Shown here: piece after piece, positions 1 through 9,354 of the stretch
How the letters are laid out: every line of letters begins with the position of its first letter
Position numbering within the stretch: the first letter of the stretch is position 1
Virus record (IMG/VR): IMGVR_UViG_3300031758_000562
Location: 1-24,098 of that record
Length of the DNA: 24,098 bases
Reading direction: 5' to 3' (one strand)
From: a virus
Taxonomy: Duplodnaviria > Caudoviricetes
Notes under the pieces: generated by a model
Told to the model about the DNA's origin: nothing
Databases searched by the model: none
The model's input: the letters and a program-made list of their open reading frames with translations, nothing else
Program-made: the position numbers and the translations under genes

Positions 1-1
1 T

Positions 2-52
2 CAGATTGCTAAAGAAGGAGAAGTGATTACAATTGTCCACGATGTTCAATGA
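2..52 (+). CDS. 3' end of upstream gene (partial; possibly terminase small subunit)
   Basis: Open frame QIAKEGEVITIVHDVQ* ending TGA 50-52, overlapping the terL start. Identity inferred from position only. Confidence 0.45.
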   Translation, partial: QIAKEGEVITIVHDVQ

Positions 53-1817
53 TTTTCTTGAGGTATTAAAAGAAAATCAATTTGAAGAAAAACCAGTAGA
101 CGCAAAAACTTTTGTTGAGTCTTCTGATTATTTGGGGCAGCCACCATTATCCTCTATTCAGTATGACATTGTAGAAGCAATGAGTCAAATATATAAAAGA
201 GAAGATTTGCAAGAACTGTATGGGTCTGTAGAAGGAGCAAGGTACTATGATAAATATACTAAAAATGAGATTATTTTACAGTTGGGCAAAGGCTCTGGTA
301 AAGACTTTACCTCTACTGTTGCTTGTGCTTATATTGTTTATAAGTTATTATGTCTTAAAGACCCTGCAAGATATTTCGGGAAACCAAGTGGAGATGCAAT
401 AGATTTAATTAACGTTGCTATAAACGCACAACAAGCAAAAAATGTTTTCTTTAAAGGCTTTAAAACAAAGATTGAAAAGTCACCATGGTTTGCTGGCAAA
501 TATAATGCTAAAGCAGACTCTGTAGAGTTTGATAAATCAATCACAGTTTATTCTGGTCATTCAGAAAGAGAATCACACGAAGGTTTAAACTTATTGCTTG
601 CCGTGCTTGATGAAATTTCTGGTTTTGCATCTGAGGTCGGCACTGGAAATGAGCAAGGCAAAACTGCAGAAAACATTTATAAAGCATTTCGTGGGTCTGT
701 AGATTCTCGTTTTCCAGATCTTGGTAAAGTAGTTTTACTTTCTTTTCCACGATATCAAGGAGATTTTATTTCTAAAAGATATGAAGATGTAATTGCAGAA
801 AAAGAAACAATAGAAAAAAAACATGTTTTTATTATGAATGAAGACTTACCACACGATGATCCAAATAATCAATTTGAAATTAATTGGGAAGAAGATAATA
901 TTATTTCTTATAAAGTTCCAAAAATTTTGGCTTTTAAAAAACCAACTTGGGAAGTAAATCCTACTCGTAAAATAGATGATTTTAAGTTAGCATTCTATAC
1001 AGACTTAGGTGATGCAATGATGCGTTTTGCATGCATGCCAACATTTGCATCTGACGCATTTTTTAAACAAAAAGATAAATTAGAAAAATGTATGAACACT
1101 AGAAACCCATTAGACTCTTTTAGAAGGTTTGATGAAACATTTAAACCAGATCCAGAAAAAACATATTATGTTCATGCAGACCTTGCACAAAAACATGACA
1201 AGTGTGCTGTTGCTATTGCCCACGTTGATAAGTGGGTCAACATTCAGGTTATTAAAGATTATGAACAGGTAGCCCCTATTGTTGTTGTTGATGCCGTTGC
1301 TTGGTGGGAGCCAAGGGCAGAGGGACCAGTTAATTTATCAGAAGTAAAGCAATGGATTATTAACTTGCGTAGAGAAGGTTTTAATATTGGCATGGTTTCT
1401 TTTGACCGTTGGCAATCATTTGATATTCAAAATGAGTTACAGGCTGTTGGAATTAGAACAGAAACTGTTTCAGTTGCAAAAAAACATTATGAAGATTTGG
1501 CTATGATGATTTATGAAGAGCGTGTTGCTATCCCAATGATTCCAATTTTGTTAGAAGAAATGTCAGAATTAAAAATAATGAAAGGAAATAGAGTTGACCA
1601 TCCCCGTAAAAAGTCAAAAGACTTGGCTGATGCTGTATGTGGGGCGGTATTTGGAGCAATATCTCATACACAGAAGAATAATAATACAGAGATAGAGATT
1701 CACACATGGAGTTCTGCAACACGACTTGCTGAGAAGCAGCAACGTATGGTAGAATTGGATAATCGGGAAATGCCTAACGATGTTAAGGACTTTCTGGATA
1801 AATTAAACTTAATATAA
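33..1817 (+). CDS. terL: Terminase large subunit
   Basis: 594 aa. Walker A LGKGSGKD, Walker B LLLAVLDE, RNase H-like nuclease motifs YVHADLA, SFDRWQS and KDLADAVCG. Start is TTG33 or ATG42. Confidence 0.9.
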   Translation: MSTMFNDFLEVLKENQFEEKPVDAKTFVESSDYLGQPPLSSIQYDIVEAMSQIYKREDLQELYGSVEGARYYDKYTKNEIILQLGKGSGKDFTSTVACAYIVYKLLCLKDPARYFGKPSGDAIDLINVAINAQQAKNVFFKGFKTKIEKSPWFAGKYNAKADSVEFDKSITVYSGHSERESHEGLNLLLAVLDEISGFASEVGTGNEQGKTAENIYKAFRGSVDSRFPDLGKVVLLSFPRYQGDFISKRYEDVIAEKETIEKKHVFIMNEDLPHDDPNNQFEINWEEDNIISYKVPKILAFKKPTWEVNPTRKIDDFKLAFYTDLGDAMMRFACMPTFASDAFFKQKDKLEKCMNTRNPLDSFRRFDETFKPDPEKTYYVHADLAQKHDKCAVAIAHVDKWVNIQVIKDYEQVAPIVVVDAVAWWEPRAEGPVNLSEVKQWIINLRREGFNIGMVSFDRWQSFDIQNELQAVGIRTETVSVAKKHYEDLAMMIYEERVAIPMIPILLEEMSELKIMKGNRVDHPRKKSKDLADAVCGAVFGAISHTQKNNNTEIEIHTWSSATRLAEKQQRMVELDNREMPNDVKDFLDKLNLI

Positions 1818-1833
1818 AATAATAAGGAGAAGA

Positions 1834-3432
1834 ATGAATTCATTTAAGAAACTTGCCACAGTCTTGGCTGCAGCCTTGACACTTGGCGTGATGTCGGCAC
1901 TTCCGACACAGGCTACAGTATATGCTGACGTTGTTAGCATTGATGCCGTAGCAGACACAATTAATCCTGGCGAGACTGCAACAGCAGTTGTGTCAGTATC
2001 ATTTTTGGGAACATCAATTGGAGATACCGTTTCGGTAATATCTGCAGTGTTGTCTGCCCCATCTACTGCTAGCGTTCCACAGTTTGCTGTTACAGAAACA
2101 TCTAGTGCAACAGTGGCGCTATCATCAGATACAAAAACAGCATCAATTTCACCAGCAACTAACACTACTGGTTATGTTACTGCAAAATTGACAGCATCAC
2201 TTCATGTGCCTAGCGTTGCTGGAACATATGTAGTTAGATTTATTCCTACATTAACTAGCGCATCTGGTTCAGTTACATCTGCTGCCCTTACATGGACAGT
2301 TACTGTTACCGCTCCAGATCTTAAGGCATCAACTGCTTATACAACATCTATTTTAAATGCTGGTGAAACAATTTCAGCAACAACAGACGCAACTGTATAT
2401 GCTTCAAAGGCTGTGTCTTCTGATGCTGCAGCAGTTATTGTATTAACTCAAAAGAATGCTGCCAACGGTTCTGCTTCAGAATCAATTACAGCAACTGTTT
2501 CAGGTGCAGGTATGTTAGGACATGGTACAAACCATGCAACTATTTCTGCTTTAGGTAGATCATTAGTTATTCCTGCAGGAAGTTATATCGGAGTATTCTC
2601 TGATGGAACATCTGGCGTAGGAGCAATTACACTTACCTCAGCATCTGGCGTAATCTTGGCAACAGAAAAGGTAACATTCTATGGCGACATTGCTAAAGTT
2701 GTTACAACTGTCAAGAAGCCAACAATTGCTTTAGGTTCTAATGCAGATGCAATTTCTGCCGTAGCATATGATGCTGCTGGCGTAGTTGTAGGAGCAGGAA
2801 CATTAACAGCAACATCAGCAGACTTAACAGTAATCAGCAATTCGGCAACAACTGCTTCTATCTCTAATGGTGAAGCATTGTTTTCTTTGGCTGGTGTTAA
2901 AACTGGTTCAGCAGGTGTAGTAGTAAAGAGTGGAACAATCTCTGCAGACACAGTAACTGTGCGTGTAGAGGCTGCAGTTGCTTCTATTAAGTTGGCTTTT
3001 GATAAAGCAAACTACGTAGCAGGAGAGCAAGCCACAATTACTCTTTCACCAGTTGATGCAACAGGTGCAGTATTGTCTGGAAAGACATATGCTAACCTAC
3101 TTGCTTCTACAGGAATTACTACAAGTTATTCCTTTGGTGGATCAAGCGACACAATTACTGCAACATCTATTACAACTGACGCAAATGGTGTAAAGACTTA
3201 CAAAGTTTTCATGCCATTATCTGCAGGTGCAGTTACTATCAGTGCAACTGGTGGAACTGATTTGCCAGCAGCAGGTCAAGTAAAAGTGTCTGCAACTGCA
3301 ACAGTAACCGATTCAGCATCACAAGCACTTGCTGCAGTGGCTGCATTGGCTGTAACCGTTGCACAACTTAAGACATTAATTACAACCTTAACTAATCTTG
3401 TATTAAAGATTCAGAAAAAGGTTAAGGCTTAA
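1834..3432 (+). CDS. Secreted Ala/Thr/Ser/Val-rich surface (S-layer/Ig-like) protein
   Basis: SD AAGGAG. Sec signal peptide MNSFKKLATVLAAALTLGVMSALPTQA, beta-rich body, C-terminal amphipathic basic helix ending LTNLVLKIQKKVKA. Confidence 0.7.
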   Translation: MNSFKKLATVLAAALTLGVMSALPTQATVYADVVSIDAVADTINPGETATAVVSVSFLGTSIGDTVSVISAVLSAPSTASVPQFAVTETSSATVALSSDTKTASISPATNTTGYVTAKLTASLHVPSVAGTYVVRFIPTLTSASGSVTSAALTWTVTVTAPDLKASTAYTTSILNAGETISATTDATVYASKAVSSDAAAVIVLTQKNAANGSASESITATVSGAGMLGHGTNHATISALGRSLVIPAGSYIGVFSDGTSGVGAITLTSASGVILATEKVTFYGDIAKVVTTVKKPTIALGSNADAISAVAYDAAGVVVGAGTLTATSADLTVISNSATTASISNGEALFSLAGVKTGSAGVVVKSGTISADTVTVRVEAAVASIKLAFDKANYVAGEQATITLSPVDATGAVLSGKTYANLLASTGITTSYSFGGSSDTITATSITTDANGVKTYKVFMPLSAGAVTISATGGTDLPAAGQVKVSATATVTDSASQALAAVAALAVTVAQLKTLITTLTNLVLKIQKKVKA

Positions 3433-3450
3433 CAACTCCTTATAAAAATT

Positions 3451-3480
3451 GAGGGTAGATTAATTTCTACCCTCTTTTTT
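3451..3480 (+). terminator. Rho-independent terminator
   Basis: GAGGGTAGA-ttaatt-TCTACCCTC 9-bp stem followed by TTTTTT, just after the 3432 stop. Confidence 0.85.
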
Positions 3481-3492
3481 ATTGAATAAAAA

Positions 3493-3501
3493 TGGTATAA
3501 T
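3493..3501 (+). promoter_or_regulatory. Extended -10 promoter
   Basis: TGGTATAAT upstream of SD AGGAG (3521-3525) and TTG3538. Confidence 0.65.
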
Positions 3502-3537
3502 TACTAATATAATTACACATAGGAGACCACCACTCAA

Positions 3538-6126
3538 TTGACCAATCTCAAACGAAGACTAATATTAGCCTTTGGGGTGGGACTGTGCTTAACAATTTTT
3601 GGAATAATGGCTCCTGATCGTGCTCATGCTACAGAAAATCAAGAACAAGTTGTTATTAGCCCTGCTCAACAAGCAGTTAATACAGCCCTTGCAACAGCCA
3701 CTACAGAGGTCCAGCAGGCTATTGCAGCCACGGATACTGCCACAGCCACTATAGCAGTAGCAGTTGCTGAAAGGGTAGAGGCTCAGGAAGCAGTAGAAAC
3801 ATTGACTGCAACAGTTTCGGTAGCACAATCAAATGTAGCCTTAGTAGACACAGCCACAGCAACAATCAGTGCTATAAATTTATCTGTTACACCAATAGAT
3901 CAAAGTTCGCAAGTAGTTCAAGATGCTAAAGATACTATTGTTACAGCCCAAACCTCTATAAATAATATTGATACTTCAACAGCACAGGTTCAAATATCTG
4001 AGGCTATTACAGCAAAAACTGAAGCAGCAACAGCACAAACAACTGCTCAAACAGAATTAACTCAAGCCAACATTGCAATTGATAATGCTCAAACAGCAGT
4101 CAATAATTTACAAGCAACTATTGGAACTAGCACTAACGTTTTGGCTGGAGTTGATGATGCTGGCATAAGAATGAATCTTCCATTTAGTTTATTAATGGGC
4201 GGAACTCTTTATAATAATGTTTATGTAGGATCTAATGCAACAATTACATTTGGTGTGGATGAAGGATGGATTTATTATCAAACTCCAAATGCTCCATCAG
4301 TTTCTATTGCTGGATGGGACTGGACAACTTGGAGTACAGGAACAGGAATTACATACGCAACAACTGGATCAAGTCTAGATATTGCTTGGGATTTAAGACC
4401 ATTTCCACAACAAGATGCATCAACACAAATGGTTCAAATTAGATTTAATGCTGATGTTAATCCAAATAATGGTGCTTGGATGGCAAATGTAACTGCAGTC
4501 GGACCAATACCAGATCAGGCAAGATTTAATGTTAGAGAAACAACTAATGGAGATATTACTCCTATTGTAGATACAAATGTGGGATCAGGATTTTCTGGAC
4601 AAATAAGTCAAGGTCCTGCATTTACTCCAATTGTAGACACTAGTACAGCAACTGTACAAGCAGCAGTAGATGCAGCAAATGCTGCCATTACACAATTAAA
4701 TCAAAGTCTTACTCCAGTAGTTTCTCAAAATACTATAAACACATCAGCAATAAATGCTATTAATACAACTTCATTGACAAATGCTTTAAATTCAACGGTA
4801 TCTACTAAAACAAATTTACAAACACAATTAAATACAAATGCTCAAGAATTAATTACAGCAATTAATAGTCATATTCCTACTCCAGCACCAGTGTTATCAG
4901 AACCAGTAATTGAAGGAACAACAGTTGTTATTGCACCAGAACTACCAGAAGGGTACACAGCAAACACTTGGTTTTATCAAGTAATAACAGATGACCCAGA
5001 TGCAGAAAACCCATATGAGGGTGGCACCTATAATACAGACGGCGCTCCAGAGTCTATTGAACTAACTGGTTTAACAGAAGGCACTACTTATACTATTAGA
5101 ATTGCTAACTGGTCTGGACCTGTAAGTGAGTATACAGAGGTTGTTGTTTCTATACCCGCAGAAGAAGTTGTTGTGTCTCCAGCACCAGAGCCAGTATTTA
5201 TCTATGCTCCTGAACAAAACTTACCAGACTTAACCACTCCGACTGAAGAGGAAAGTACAGAGATAGAAGAAACTCCTGTGGAAGAGACTCCTGCTGAAGA
5301 AGTGCCTTCCGAAGAAACTGAATCTCCTGAAACGGATACACCTGAATCTGATGAATCTTCATCCAGCGATGAACTAGAAAATATTCTTGAAGAAAGTCAG
5401 GATTCTTTTGAAGAAATTGCACAAGATAATGATACCTTATCCGTAGAAGAAGTTCAAGATATAGTTAGTGATTTAGTTTCAGATAGTGGTTTAGGTGCTT
5501 CTGAAGTTACCGAAGTTTTAGAGGCAATTGCTAATGGTGGAGAAGTATCTGAAGAAATTGCTGCAGAAGTTTCATCTACATTATCGGAAGGTGGATTAAC
5601 AGAATCAGAGGCAGAATTTATTACAGAAATGTTATCAGCAGATGGAGAAATAACAACTGCAGAAGTTGTAAATTTATCAGAGGCATTATCTGAAGATGGT
5701 AAGTTTACTTTAGTAGAAAAAGATTTAGTTGCAGATGTTTTAGTAACATCAGCAGAAGGTGCTCCAGTTGAAGCAGGAGCCATAGAGGCGGCGGGACTTG
5801 AATATCGTGACCTTCCACCATTAATTCCAGTAGAGGTAAGAGAAGATGCTAGTGGTAACCCTGTGGTTATTACTGCAGAAGTGGCTTCAGCATTGCTTGT
5901 ATTAGAAAGTCCAGCAGCATTATTAGATGCGGTTGCTACTTGTTTTAATCCAGATGAAGCAATTGAAGGTTTGACAGAAGAGCAAAAATGTGAATTAGGC
6001 AAAGCACTACTTAGCATGGGTGCTGATATGTCTATTCCAGAACGTGAAAAAGCAGAAGATATTGTGGTTGTAACAATTATTGCTGGTCAATTAATTGTTG
6101 CTACTGCACCTAGAAGAAGGAGATAA
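3538..6126 (+). CDS. Large secreted/membrane-anchored surface protein (coiled-coil, beta domain, FN3-like, acidic repeats)
   Basis: 862 aa. Signal peptide ending AHA, Ala/Thr/Gln heptad regions, FN3-like LTGLTEGTTYTIRI, Glu/Pro/Thr linker, C-terminal hydrophobic segment plus RRRR. Confidence 0.7.
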   Translation: MTNLKRRLILAFGVGLCLTIFGIMAPDRAHATENQEQVVISPAQQAVNTALATATTEVQQAIAATDTATATIAVAVAERVEAQEAVETLTATVSVAQSNVALVDTATATISAINLSVTPIDQSSQVVQDAKDTIVTAQTSINNIDTSTAQVQISEAITAKTEAATAQTTAQTELTQANIAIDNAQTAVNNLQATIGTSTNVLAGVDDAGIRMNLPFSLLMGGTLYNNVYVGSNATITFGVDEGWIYYQTPNAPSVSIAGWDWTTWSTGTGITYATTGSSLDIAWDLRPFPQQDASTQMVQIRFNADVNPNNGAWMANVTAVGPIPDQARFNVRETTNGDITPIVDTNVGSGFSGQISQGPAFTPIVDTSTATVQAAVDAANAAITQLNQSLTPVVSQNTINTSAINAINTTSLTNALNSTVSTKTNLQTQLNTNAQELITAINSHIPTPAPVLSEPVIEGTTVVIAPELPEGYTANTWFYQVITDDPDAENPYEGGTYNTDGAPESIELTGLTEGTTYTIRIANWSGPVSEYTEVVVSIPAEEVVVSPAPEPVFIYAPEQNLPDLTTPTEEESTEIEETPVEETPAEEVPSEETESPETDTPESDESSSSDELENILEESQDSFEEIAQDNDTLSVEEVQDIVSDLVSDSGLGASEVTEVLEAIANGGEVSEEIAAEVSSTLSEGGLTESEAEFITEMLSADGEITTAEVVNLSEALSEDGKFTLVEKDLVADVLVTSAEGAPVEAGAIEAAGLEYRDLPPLIPVEVREDASGNPVVITAEVASALLVLESPAALLDAVATCFNPDEAIEGLTEEQKCELGKALLSMGADMSIPEREKAEDIVVVTIIAGQLIVATAPRRRR

Positions 6127-6127
6127 A

Positions 6128-6304
6128 ATGAATAAGTTAAAGCAATGGGGTATGGCAATCCTCAATGAAAACTTTACATTTCTTGGCTTCTTTGTAGCAT
6201 GGGTGGTTTTAGAGGGTAGCGCAAAGACGGTAGTAGGGTATGTAACCCTAGCATCAGTAGCCATATGGTTTGCAACCATAGGGATTCGTAAAGAAGACGA
6301 ATAA
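6128..6304 (+). CDS. Small two-TM membrane protein
   Basis: ATG6128 after GGAG. MNKLKQWG... with two hydrophobic segments and a charged tail RKEDE. Confidence 0.65.
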   Translation: MNKLKQWGMAILNENFTFLGFFVAWVVLEGSAKTVVGYVTLASVAIWFATIGIRKEDE

Positions 6305-6307
6305 GTT

Positions 6308-6316
6308 TGATATAAT
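6308..6316 (+). promoter_or_regulatory. Extended -10 promoter, leaderless
   Basis: TGATATAAT followed by 6 nt and ATG6323. Confidence 0.6.
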
Positions 6317-6322
6317 GGGAGT

Positions 6323-6499
6323 ATGTCAAAACTACGCATACTCCTACTATCAAGCATCCTAGCATTAGGATTGTCTGGCTGTGGATATGATGGTCATTAT
6401 AGATATCCATGCCAAGACCCAGTAAACTGGGAATCAGCAGAATGCAAACCACCAATTTGTACTGCTAACGGGGCATGTCCAGAAGATTTAACAAAATAA
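6323..6499 (+). CDS. Small Cys-rich lipoprotein (58 aa, not in ORF track)
   Basis: MSKLRILLLSSILALGLSGCGYDGHYRYPCQDPVNWESAECKPPICTANGACPEDLTK*. Lipobox LSG|C plus four further Cys. Confidence 0.8.
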   Translation: MSKLRILLLSSILALGLSGCGYDGHYRYPCQDPVNWESAECKPPICTANGACPEDLTK

Positions 6500-6520
6500 T
6501 AAAAGGGGGATAAAAAGATA

Positions 6521-6991
6521 ATGGAAATGCTTGATAAGAAAATTATATATCTTTACGAAAAAACACAAGATAGTTCTCATAGTGGAAGAAGTCTTTTTGA
6601 TCATTTAGTAGGCACATCTAATATAATTAAAAAACTTTATCCAACAAAGCAATATCTCATAGATGCTGGACTTTTTCACTCAATATATGGAACTTACTAT
6701 TATAATGCTAATTTAGAAATTTCAAGGTCAGAAGTTAAGTCTTTAATAGGAGAAAAAGCAGAAAACCTAGTATATATTTTTTGTACTACAGAAAATAGAA
6801 CAGAAAAAATTTTACAAAACCAATTTAGCAAAAATATTCAAAGAGATCTTTATGTTTTAGAATATGCTAATCTTTTAGAACAAGGTTCAGACATTAATAT
6901 AATTAATAAAATAAAAAACAATCTTACTAAAACATGTCAAAAACAAATTGAATTTTATTCCAAAGAAGCAAAGGAGAAAATAAATGGCTAA
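6521..6991 (+). CDS. DUF6817-like (HD-related) protein
   Basis: Motifs HSGRSLFDHLVGT, DAGLFHSIYGT and LIGEKAENLVYIF. Confidence 0.65.
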   Translation: MEMLDKKIIYLYEKTQDSSHSGRSLFDHLVGTSNIIKKLYPTKQYLIDAGLFHSIYGTYYYNANLEISRSEVKSLIGEKAENLVYIFCTTENRTEKILQNQFSKNIQRDLYVLEYANLLEQGSDINIINKIKNNLTKTCQKQIEFYSKEAKEKING

Positions 6992-7391
6992 AGAAAGATT
7001 AACTCCTCAAGAGTTAGATGCAAGACTTAAGTTTATCTTAGGTATCACACTAGGATCAATTTTATTTATAACTGCAACAGGCATCATGTATGCCCTTATA
7101 TTTGTTACACAGCCAATTACAGGACAATCAGAAAACGATAAAATGTTTTTTAATGTTCTTGGTAGCGTAGCAACATTTATTACAGGAACACTTGCTGGTT
7201 TATTAATTGGCTCATCTGGTGCTAAAGATGTTATGGCAGCACAGATTGCAAACAAAGAAGTTGATGCTAAAAATACAATGGCAGATAAAAAATTAGAGTC
7301 AGAAATTGATGAAGCAAAAGCACGTAGACTTTCTAAGCCAGATGGTGCAATGCCAGAAGAACAACCAGTTGATACCGATTGGGATAAATAA
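6984..7391 (+). CDS. Two-TM membrane protein, holin-like
   Basis: SD AAGGAG, two long hydrophobic helices, charged C-terminal tail, directly upstream of the endolysin. Confidence 0.55.
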   Translation: MAKERLTPQELDARLKFILGITLGSILFITATGIMYALIFVTQPITGQSENDKMFFNVLGSVATFITGTLAGLLIGSSGAKDVMAAQIANKEVDAKNTMADKKLESEIDEAKARRLSKPDGAMPEEQPVDTDWDK

Positions 7392-7393
7392 AA

Positions 7394-7969
7394 ATGGCAG
7401 CACAAGGCACAGCAGAAAGATTTATTGAAGTTGCTACAGCAGAAATTGGTACTATAGAGGGTCCAAAAGATAATGAAACCAAGTATGGTAAATTTACTAA
7501 GGCAGATTTTCAGCCTTGGTGTGGATCATTTGTTAACTGGTGTGCTAATGAAGCAGGAGTAAAAATTCCTAATACTGTTTTTACCCCAGGTGGTGCAGCA
7601 GCATTTAAAAAAGCAGGTAATTGGATTGATGGAGATGTAGCAGATCCAGAACTAGGAGATGTTGCATACTTTGATTTTCCATCTGATGGAGTAGATAGAA
7701 TTTCTCACGTAGGTATTGTCGTTGCTGATAATGGCGACGGTACTGTATGGTGCATAGAAGGCAATACTTCTGGAGATCCTAAAGGTAGCCAACGTAATGG
7801 TGGAGAGGTTTGTAAAAAACTTCGTGCCTTTAAAAAAAATAAAAAAGGCATTATGGTTTCTATTGTAGGGTTTGGTAGACCTAAGTTTGGCTCTGCCCCT
7901 GCGGGTACTGCTAAAAAGGCTGCTGCCAAGCCTAAAACATGCTCAGCATGTGGTCAAACCATCAAATAA
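7394..7969 (+). CDS. CHAP-domain endolysin/amidase
   Basis: Catalytic PWCGSFVNW, SHVGIV and IEGNT motifs; Lys/Ala-rich tail with CSAC. Confidence 0.85.
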   Translation: MAAQGTAERFIEVATAEIGTIEGPKDNETKYGKFTKADFQPWCGSFVNWCANEAGVKIPNTVFTPGGAAAFKKAGNWIDGDVADPELGDVAYFDFPSDGVDRISHVGIVVADNGDGTVWCIEGNTSGDPKGSQRNGGEVCKKLRAFKKNKKGIMVSIVGFGRPKFGSAPAGTAKKAAAKPKTCSACGQTIK

Positions 7970-7975
7970 AGGTCT

Positions 7976-8004
7976 TTGACTAAGTAAAAAGGGTTTGGTA
8001 TACT
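7976..8004 (+). promoter_or_regulatory. Sigma70/SigA-type promoter
   Basis: TTGACT-17 nt-TATACT with TG extension (7996-7997). Confidence 0.75.
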
Positions 8005-8032
8005 TAAATGTATACTCTGAGGGGATTTTTAT

Positions 8033-8557
8033 ATGACAGTCTTGGCTGTAGTTCGTCATGAAAATAAAATATATATGGCTGGTGATCGTGGTGCTTCCGA
8101 TGATAATACAATACTTTCTTTAACAGCCCCAAAAGTTTGGAAACTTGGCCCATATTTGCTTGGATATGCAGGGGCATTGGATGGAGAACGAATTAGATAT
8201 AACTTTAATCCATACGTTCCAGATATAAAAGACGTGGATAAGTTTATGCAAACTAAATTTATTAAACAATTAAGAAATTTTTACAGTGATTGGTGGGTTG
8301 ATACTGGCAAAGAGGCTGACCTTGGTTTAATTATTTGTATTAAAGGACAAATATATGAGCATAATGCAGTTGATATGTCTTTATCTAAATATAATTTAGA
8401 TTATTTGGCAATGGGTTCTGGGGCTGAGTATGCCTATGGTTATTTAAATGCTACAGAAAAATCTAAAGACCCTCGCAAAAGAGTGGTTGGAGCAGTAAAT
8501 GCTGCCATTAAATTTAGCCCATCCTGTATGGGGCCTATTGACGTGGTAAGTATATAA
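8033..8557 (+). CDS. Ntn-hydrolase, HslV/proteasome beta-subunit-like threonine protease
   Basis: N-terminal M-T nucleophile, MAGDRG, conserved Lys (PKV), G-x-AG, AMGSG, C-terminal helix AVNAAIKFS. Confidence 0.75.
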   Translation: MTVLAVVRHENKIYMAGDRGASDDNTILSLTAPKVWKLGPYLLGYAGALDGERIRYNFNPYVPDIKDVDKFMQTKFIKQLRNFYSDWWVDTGKEADLGLIICIKGQIYEHNAVDMSLSKYNLDYLAMGSGAEYAYGYLNATEKSKDPRKRVVGAVNAAIKFSPSCMGPIDVVSI

Positions 8558-8565
8558 TTAATTAA

Positions 8566-9354
8566 ATGATAATTAATCAAGATGATGGGCTTGTTGTTCC
8601 AGATAAAACAATTGCATTTTTCCCAATTGTAGCAGAAGATGGATTAAAACAATTTGATTTAAAAGACATAAACTTATTTTTAAATCCGTTAAATATAAAT
8701 CATCAAAGAAGTTGGTTTAATCCCTTTTTTTATAAATGTTTGCCATTAGCAATTGGAAATATGCAGGGTTTTATTTTTAGTTTACCATATAAAATTAGTG
8801 TTTTTTGGAATGGTGGAAATTTTCCAGAAGATATATCCATAAAATATTTTGAAGATTTTGAAAAATATAAAAATATTAATTTTATTTATCCAAAATCAGA
8901 ATTTGGAAATGGAATTTTAACATTACATTTTCCATTAACTTTAAAAACACCGCCAGGGATTAATTTAATGACAATTGCTCCACCAAACTTTCCATTAGTT
9001 GGATTAAGCCCTATGACTGGAGTTGTAGAGTCTGATAATCTTAGGTTTTCTTTTACATTAAACATAAAAATAGATTTGCCAAACATAGAACTAGTTATTG
9101 ATAAGAATACGCCATTGGTTGGATTATTACCAATACCAAGATATTTTTGTGATTCTTTTGAATTAAAAAATGCTTATGATATTTTTGATAAAAATATAGT
9201 AGAAGAAGAAATTAATGTAGCCAACCAACATGCCGATTTTAGAACACATTCACAGAATGATAAGTTTAAACCAGATAGAATATACTATCTTGGAAAAGAT
9301 ATTAAAGGAAATAAATTTAAAGACCATCAATTACCTAAAAAAAAGAAAAGTTGA
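8566..9354 (+). CDS. DUF6065-like protein
   Basis: YKCLPLAIGNMQGF, SEFGNGILT, PPN, TGVVESD, FTLN and TPLVGLLPIPR motifs. Confidence 0.65.
   Translation: MIINQDDGLVVPDKTIAFFPIVAEDGLKQFDLKDINLFLNPLNINHQRSWFNPFFYKCLPLAIGNMQGFIFSLPYKISVFWNGGNFPEDISIKYFEDFEKYKNINFIYPKSEFGNGILTLHFPLTLKTPPGINLMTIAPPNFPLVGLSPMTGVVESDNLRFSFTLNIKIDLPNIELVIDKNTPLVGLLPIPRYFCDSFELKNAYDIFDKNIVEEEINVANQHADFRTHSQNDKFKPDRIYYLGKDIKGNKFKDHQLPKKKKS

Noticed and set aside
4557-4645. Repeated TPIVDT peptide in the 862-aa protein
   Set aside because: Only two short, diverged copies; not a meaningful repeat array.
1809-6017. Minus-strand ORFs 1809-2165, 2679-2951, 3589-3828, 5198-5422 and 5454-6017
   Set aside because: Antisense shadows of long biased-codon plus-strand genes; no SD or recognisable motifs.
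6091-6455. Minus-strand ORFs 6091-6357 and 6174-6455, and the 6095 start
   Set aside because: Better explained by plus-strand genes at 6128 and 6323 (lipobox, promoter).
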